From NCBI GenBank assembly GCA_965202625.1, contig CBDBBI010000010.1, positions 2,528,001 to 2,592,000 of the forward strand: a stretch of 64,000 nt of DNA. Direction: 5' to 3'. Positions 59,463 to 64,000 of the stretch are shown here, piece after piece. The first letter of the stretch is position 1. Each line of letters starts with the position of its first letter. A program made the translations under genes and the position numbers. This DNA is from a bacterium (GTDB lineage Bacteria > UBA8248). Under the pieces are notes generated by a model. It did no database searches, had not been told where the DNA came from, and saw nothing but the letters and a program-made list of their open reading frames with translations.

Positions 59463-60950
59463 ATGCGCCTGGCGGACGTTCGGACGCGCGCGGAGGATTT
59501 TCTCGTCGAATTCCGAAAGGATGGCTACGAAGTCGGTGCGGGTCTGAGGGCAGAGACCCGCCTCGGCGAGATACTCTTCAAATACGCCGATCTCTTCACG
59601 CGCGAGAACGTAGAGGCTCTCCACTCTCTCTCGGACTTTGAGGATGGGGAGGAAGAATCCGCGCGTCTCTGCGCGCTCCTTGGTTTTTTGGCCTTTGGCA
59701 CGATACGCGGAGCGAGCAGGGAATGGAGCGAGCATGCGCTTCGCTTCGAGATGCGAACCATGGTGAGGACGGCTGAGGGTACTTACATTCCCTATCGACA
59801 GAGTGCCGTCACGCTTTTGAACGAACCGCGCCGGGAGAGGCGGATTTTTCTGGAAAACGCCCGCTCGGAGGTTTTGGCGGAGAAGAACGGGTTTTTGGAG
59901 AAAATGCACCGCATTGCTCACGAGATGGCGGAGAGCCTGAATTTTGGCGGCTACCTGGGGATGATGGCGAGACTCAAGCCCTATCCGCTTCTGCCGATTC
60001 GTGAGGAGATGCGCCGGTTTCTCGCGCGGACGGAGATGCTTTACGGAGAGGCGATGGAAGAGGCGATGAGAGGGACGGGCGTCCCCCCCGCATCCGCGCA
60101 TCGCCACGACGCCCTCCGTCTTTTCCGGGGCGTGGAGTTCGATCGCCTATTTCCGGCGGAGAAGATCGAACCCTCGGCGCGGCGGGTTTGCAGGGCGATG
60201 GGTCTCGACCTCTCGGCGCGAGGCAGGGTGTGCCTGGACTTTGCGGAGCGTCCTTTGAAGAGTCCACGCGCGTTTTGCGCCTCCGTGCGCGTGCCGCAGG
60301 AGGTCTATCTCGTCATCCGGCCCCGGGGCGGCCATGATGATTATCGCGCGTTCTGGCACGAGCTGGGCCATGCCCTGCACTTCGCCAACGTGGCGGCGGA
60401 CGCGGATTTCGAGTCGAGGCGCCTCGGCGACAACTCCGTGACCGAGGGTTTCGCCATGCTCTTCGATCATCTTTTGCTGAACCCGCTCTGGCTCGTCGAC
60501 GTCCTCGGCGGAGAGGAGCGCGACTACGCGGCGTTCTTGCGCCGCCACGCGCTTTTTGAGTTGTACATGTTGAGACGCTATGCGGCGAAAATAGATTATG
60601 AACTCACCCTTCATGAAGACGCGGAACTCTCGGGCAAGGACGTCGCGTATCGGAAGAAGCTGAGTGCGGCGACGGGAGTGGATTTTCCTGCAGTCGCCTA
60701 TCTCGACGACGTGGACCCGTTTTTCTATTGCGCGAATTATCTGCGGGCGTGGATGCTCCAGGCCCAGATGGCGGAGGTCTTGAAGACGAGGTTTGGGGAG
60801 AAGTGGTGGTGCGAGGCGGGGAGCGGCGGCTTTTTGATGGATTTGTGGAGGGAGGGACAACGCTTCGACGGCGACGCCCTCTCCCGGCGTCTCGGCTACC
60901 GGCGGCTCGCCACCGAGCCGCTGGAGGCGCAGATCAGAAGCTTGATGTGA
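59463..60950 (+). CDS. Gluzincin metallopeptidase-like protein (M3/M32-related)
   Basis: KSPRAFC, HELGHALH and TEGFA motifs. Confidence 0.75.
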   Translation: MRLADVRTRAEDFLVEFRKDGYEVGAGLRAETRLGEILFKYADLFTRENVEALHSLSDFEDGEEESARLCALLGFLAFGTIRGASREWSEHALRFEMRTMVRTAEGTYIPYRQSAVTLLNEPRRERRIFLENARSEVLAEKNGFLEKMHRIAHEMAESLNFGGYLGMMARLKPYPLLPIREEMRRFLARTEMLYGEAMEEAMRGTGVPPASAHRHDALRLFRGVEFDRLFPAEKIEPSARRVCRAMGLDLSARGRVCLDFAERPLKSPRAFCASVRVPQEVYLVIRPRGGHDDYRAFWHELGHALHFANVAADADFESRRLGDNSVTEGFAMLFDHLLLNPLWLVDVLGGEERDYAAFLRRHALFELYMLRRYAAKIDYELTLHEDAELSGKDVAYRKKLSAATGVDFPAVAYLDDVDPFFYCANYLRAWMLQAQMAEVLKTRFGEKWWCEAGSGGFLMDLWREGQRFDGDALSRRLGYRRLATEPLEAQIRSLM

Positions 60951-60997
60951 CGCCGCGCGCCGAATGCAAAAGACGGCCTAGGGGGGAATCGCCCCGC

Positions 60998-61594
60998 TTA
61001 AAACGCCTTGGCTTCCTCTTCGCTGATTTTCTTCTCGCAGGCAGTGTTTGACGCAAGATGAAACTCCACTGCTGCGTATCCGCTTCTCGATACTGCTTGT
61101 GCGGCCACGACAAGCCTTATGACGTTTTCGACAGGACGGAATCCGTCTTTCGTCCGCCAGACGTAGGCGTAAAGTCTTTCGTTTTTTTCTATTGCTATCG
61201 TCCATTCATTTGCCTTATCCCAAATGGAGCCGGTTTTCAGAAAATCGTTTTTTTCCCCCGTCCCATATTTTTTGGCGAGTTGGCCGTGCAGTTCGTCGAT
61301 TTTGGATCGCAGGCTTGTGCCGTAAGAGTCATTCTGAATTGTCGCGCCAATTCCTTTGATGATGCAGATTCCGACGCCTTCAACGTATTGGAGCAAGTAA
61401 GTTTCAAATGCGCTGTGGGGGCGTGGGGCCGACGCACAATTCCACCAATAGCTGTTCTTTTTCATCTTTTTGCAGAACCCGTAAGTTTTGGGGTGTTTGC
61501 CGACGTCGAAACCGAAAGGCTCTCCGGCGAATGCTGGGTTCGCCGTTGCGAAAATCATCCAGGTCGTTATCCATCCCACAAGCAAGCGTTTCAT
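60998..61594 (-). CDS. Secreted hypothetical protein
   Basis: AGGAG RBS, signal peptide MKRLLVG...AFA, PFGF motif, lower GC than its neighbours. Confidence 0.7.
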   Translation of the reverse strand: MKRLLVGWITTWMIFATANPAFAGEPFGFDVGKHPKTYGFCKKMKKNSYWWNCASAPRPHSAFETYLLQYVEGVGICIIKGIGATIQNDSYGTSLRSKIDELHGQLAKKYGTGEKNDFLKTGSIWDKANEWTIAIEKNERLYAYVWRTKDGFRPVENVIRLVVAAQAVSRSGYAAVEFHLASNTACEKKISEEEAKAF

Positions 61595-61696
61595 GGCGTT
61601 TGTTCTCCTTTGACAGACTGGGGGTCCGCGCCTCGCGCTTATCCGCCATTCGATAGCCACCAAAGCGGCAGATATATTTCTCCCGTTCTATCTCCT

Positions 61697-62761
61697 TTAC
61701 AGTTTTACGGCCTGTCGCTCCCTGCACGAGCGGTCCGCCGCCATGGTGAGGGCGAGCACCTCTCTGGCGTGCGCGCCCGTGGCGAGTCCCACGCCGCCGA
61801 TTCCCAGAACATGGCGCACGAAAGCGTCCGTCTCCTCCTTCATGGGGCCAAAGAACTCGCCCATCACAAAATCCCCCGGCATGGCGGAGCCGAGGAAGGC
61901 GACGTTCACCTGATGCTCGGGCGTGTAGGGGCAGGGAATCGCTTCTTCGGGGGCGAGAATCACGTCCCTGTGCGCGTCGTCTATGTTCATCGACCCGCGC
62001 GTGCCTTGCAGGTCGATCTCCATCGTCGCCGTATAGGCGGGCCAGTGGTGGGGCGGAAGCCAGCTGGTGCCCAGCGTGGCCACGCTCCCGTCGTCGAAGG
62101 TGACGATCATCCACTGAAAATCATCGCGATTGTATTTTTGAAATACGAAGCTCGCCGAGCGGGCATAGACCTCGACGGGTTTTTTCCCCTCCATGTACCA
62201 GAGGATCAAGTCCACCATGTAGGTGAGCGTGTTGATGGAAGGCGTGGTGTTGGGCGAGCGCTTGGCCACCGCCTCGCCCACGGCGCGCGTCACGTAGATT
62301 TTTCCGAGCGCCATCACGATGTCGCCGAGCTGCCCGGCGAAGGCGGCCTGCTTGGCGAGCAAAAAGCGCCTTCTGTAGCGTTGGGTGTAACCCACGAAAA
62401 CCTCCGCGCCCGATTTCTCCGCCTTCGCCAGTATGTCGTCCGCCTCGTCCAGGTCGAGGACGAAGGGTTTTTCGATGAGCGTGGGCTTGCCGAGCTCGGC
62501 CGCCAGTGCCGCCGGCCCGTGGTGGAACTCCTCGTCCGAGGAGACGATGACGGCGCCCACCCGCTCATCCCGTATCGCCTCTTCGTAATTCTCCGTCGCC
62601 ACGTCTGCACGAACCGATTCCGCCAGTCGATCCAGCTTCTCGGGTACGATGTCGCACACCGCAAGGTAATCTACCTGGGGAATCTGCGCGCAAGAATGCG
62701 CCCTGAGCGTTCCGATTCCGCCTGTGCCAATGACGGCCACTCCTGTCGTTTTCACAATCAT
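61697..62761 (-). CDS. Gfo/Idh/MocA family oxidoreductase
   Basis: IGTGGIG, IEKP and GYTQRY motifs. Confidence 0.9.
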   Translation of the reverse strand: MIVKTTGVAVIGTGGIGTLRAHSCAQIPQVDYLAVCDIVPEKLDRLAESVRADVATENYEEAIRDERVGAVIVSSDEEFHHGPAALAAELGKPTLIEKPFVLDLDEADDILAKAEKSGAEVFVGYTQRYRRRFLLAKQAAFAGQLGDIVMALGKIYVTRAVGEAVAKRSPNTTPSINTLTYMVDLILWYMEGKKPVEVYARSASFVFQKYNRDDFQWMIVTFDDGSVATLGTSWLPPHHWPAYTATMEIDLQGTRGSMNIDDAHRDVILAPEEAIPCPYTPEHQVNVAFLGSAMPGDFVMGEFFGPMKEETDAFVRHVLGIGGVGLATGAHAREVLALTMAADRSCRERQAVKL

Positions 62762-62844
62762 CTCCTCATATCGTTTGCGTCCAGGCTGTTCGGGAGGGGA
62801 TAATCCTCGGCTCCGCCGTTCCCATCATGCATCGGGAGAATCCC

Positions 62845-63822
62845 ATGCGCATTGATGTTCAAACCCATCACGTGCCGCAAGCCTATGTCAAGGCGCTCGC
62901 CGCCCGCTCCGATTTTCCGCGTTACGAGAGGGCGGAGGATTTCTGGTGGGCGTGGGCGAGTCCGGATGAGAAACTCCCCATGCGCTCTCCCGCCCTGGAC
63001 GTCTCGATCAAACTCGCCGAAATGGACGCGCAGGAGATCGACCTCGCAATCATGAGCATCAACATTCCGGGCCCGGACCTCGCGAAGAACCCCAAGGAGG
63101 CGGATGCGCTCGCGCGTATCGGCAACGACGCTCTGGCCGAGGCCGCAGCCCTTCATCCAGGGCGGTTCCGCTGCATGGCATCGCTCGGCTTCGGGGAGAT
63201 CGACGCGACTTGCCGGGAACTCGAGCGGTGCGTGGACGCGCTGCGTTTCGTCGCCTTGCAGGTGTTCGCCTATGTGGGCGGTAGACGCTATATCGACGAC
63301 CCCGCGCATGAGCCCTTGTGGAGTTTATTGGCCGAGCGCGGCGTGCCGCTCGTGCTTCACCCGGGGCCTTCCCCTTCGGGCCCGCATTATCGGGCTCACT
63401 GGCTGGGGCCGATGATCGGCTTCATGTTCGATGAGTGTCTGGCGGCGCTCAGGCTCATTCTGGGCGGCGTGCTGGAGCGCCACCCCGACCTCAAGGTGCT
63501 TTTGCCGCACGGGGGGGCCTCCCTCCCGCTCTTCATCGGGCGGGTGGACAATCTGAGCGCGCGCTACCGAGACGAGCAGGATCTCATTACCCGGCCCCCG
63601 AGCGCATACTTCGAGCGTTTCTGCACGGACACGGTCGCCCACTCGCAGACGGCGCTTGCGTTCGCTCTGCAGGAGATGGGGGCGTCCCGTATGATGTTCG
63701 CCAGCGACGCTCCCTGGGTGCCCGTGAAGCGCCACGTGGAGCTGGTGAACGGGCTGTCCCTATCTCCCCATGAGGCCGAAAAAATCTGGAGCGGCACGGC
63801 GCAGACGTTTTTTGAATTGTAG
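62845..63822 (+). CDS. Amidohydrolase_2 family protein (ACMSD-like decarboxylase)
   Basis: IDVQTH, VLHP, PHGG and MFASDAP motifs. Confidence 0.85.
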   Translation: MRIDVQTHHVPQAYVKALAARSDFPRYERAEDFWWAWASPDEKLPMRSPALDVSIKLAEMDAQEIDLAIMSINIPGPDLAKNPKEADALARIGNDALAEAAALHPGRFRCMASLGFGEIDATCRELERCVDALRFVALQVFAYVGGRRYIDDPAHEPLWSLLAERGVPLVLHPGPSPSGPHYRAHWLGPMIGFMFDECLAALRLILGGVLERHPDLKVLLPHGGASLPLFIGRVDNLSARYRDEQDLITRPPSAYFERFCTDTVAHSQTALAFALQEMGASRMMFASDAPWVPVKRHVELVNGLSLSPHEAEKIWSGTAQTFFEL

Positions 63823-63856
63823 ATTTTCCGCATTGCGGAGACGACGAGATGTGCCC

Positions 63857-64000
63857 TCATCCGTCGCTTCTGAGCGGCATCCGTTTCACGTCGTATTCGA
63901 GCACGACCTCGTCTCTTTGGTTCCTCACCCGTTGGCGCGTGGAGACGACGTCCCGGTCGTGCCTGCTTCTGGAGGTACGAACTCCGATCGTCTCGACCTC
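63857..64000 (-). CDS. MaoC-like dehydratase, C-terminal fragment (5' end outside the window)
   Basis: Manual translation EVETIGVRTSRSRHDRDVVSTRQRVRNQRDEVVLEYDVKRM, a typical MaoC hot-dog C-terminus. Confidence 0.65.
   Translation of the reverse strand, partial: EVETIGVRTSRSRHDRDVVSTRQRVRNQRDEVVLEYDVKRMPLRSDG

Overview
High-GC bacterial chromosome segment with about 60 genes, no rRNA, tRNA or CRISPR array. The housekeeping backbone includes ltaE, a stand-alone EF-G, pyrE, bioA, thiS-thiG-thiE, acs, recN, NAD kinase, dtd, glgA and glgC. Four DNA-defence or accessory inserts interrupt it. (1) A coupled operon of dndC-like sulfurtransferase, DUF262/DUF1524 (SspE/GmrSD-like) nuclease, small GIY-YIG gene and dndB-like DGQHR gene, with no dndA/D/E or sspA/B/C; this is a candidate minimal or hybrid DNA-phosphorothioation system and the top finding. 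(2) A type IIG R-M enzyme. (3) An AT-rich methyltransferase plus PvuII-like endonuclease pair. (4) A decayed phage-like island with two HsdR_N-type nuclease paralogues carrying different C-termini and three copies of an uncharacterised HTH-like family. The window also holds a UGSC-motif selenoprotein that the ORF track splits at an in-frame UGA followed by a SECIS-like hairpin, and an 11-gene type II FAS/PKS cluster (4 KS-like genes, 2 FabZ-like genes, an extended anammox-type-looking ACP, AcpS and an acyltransferase). All family calls come from motif recognition by eye, not database searches.
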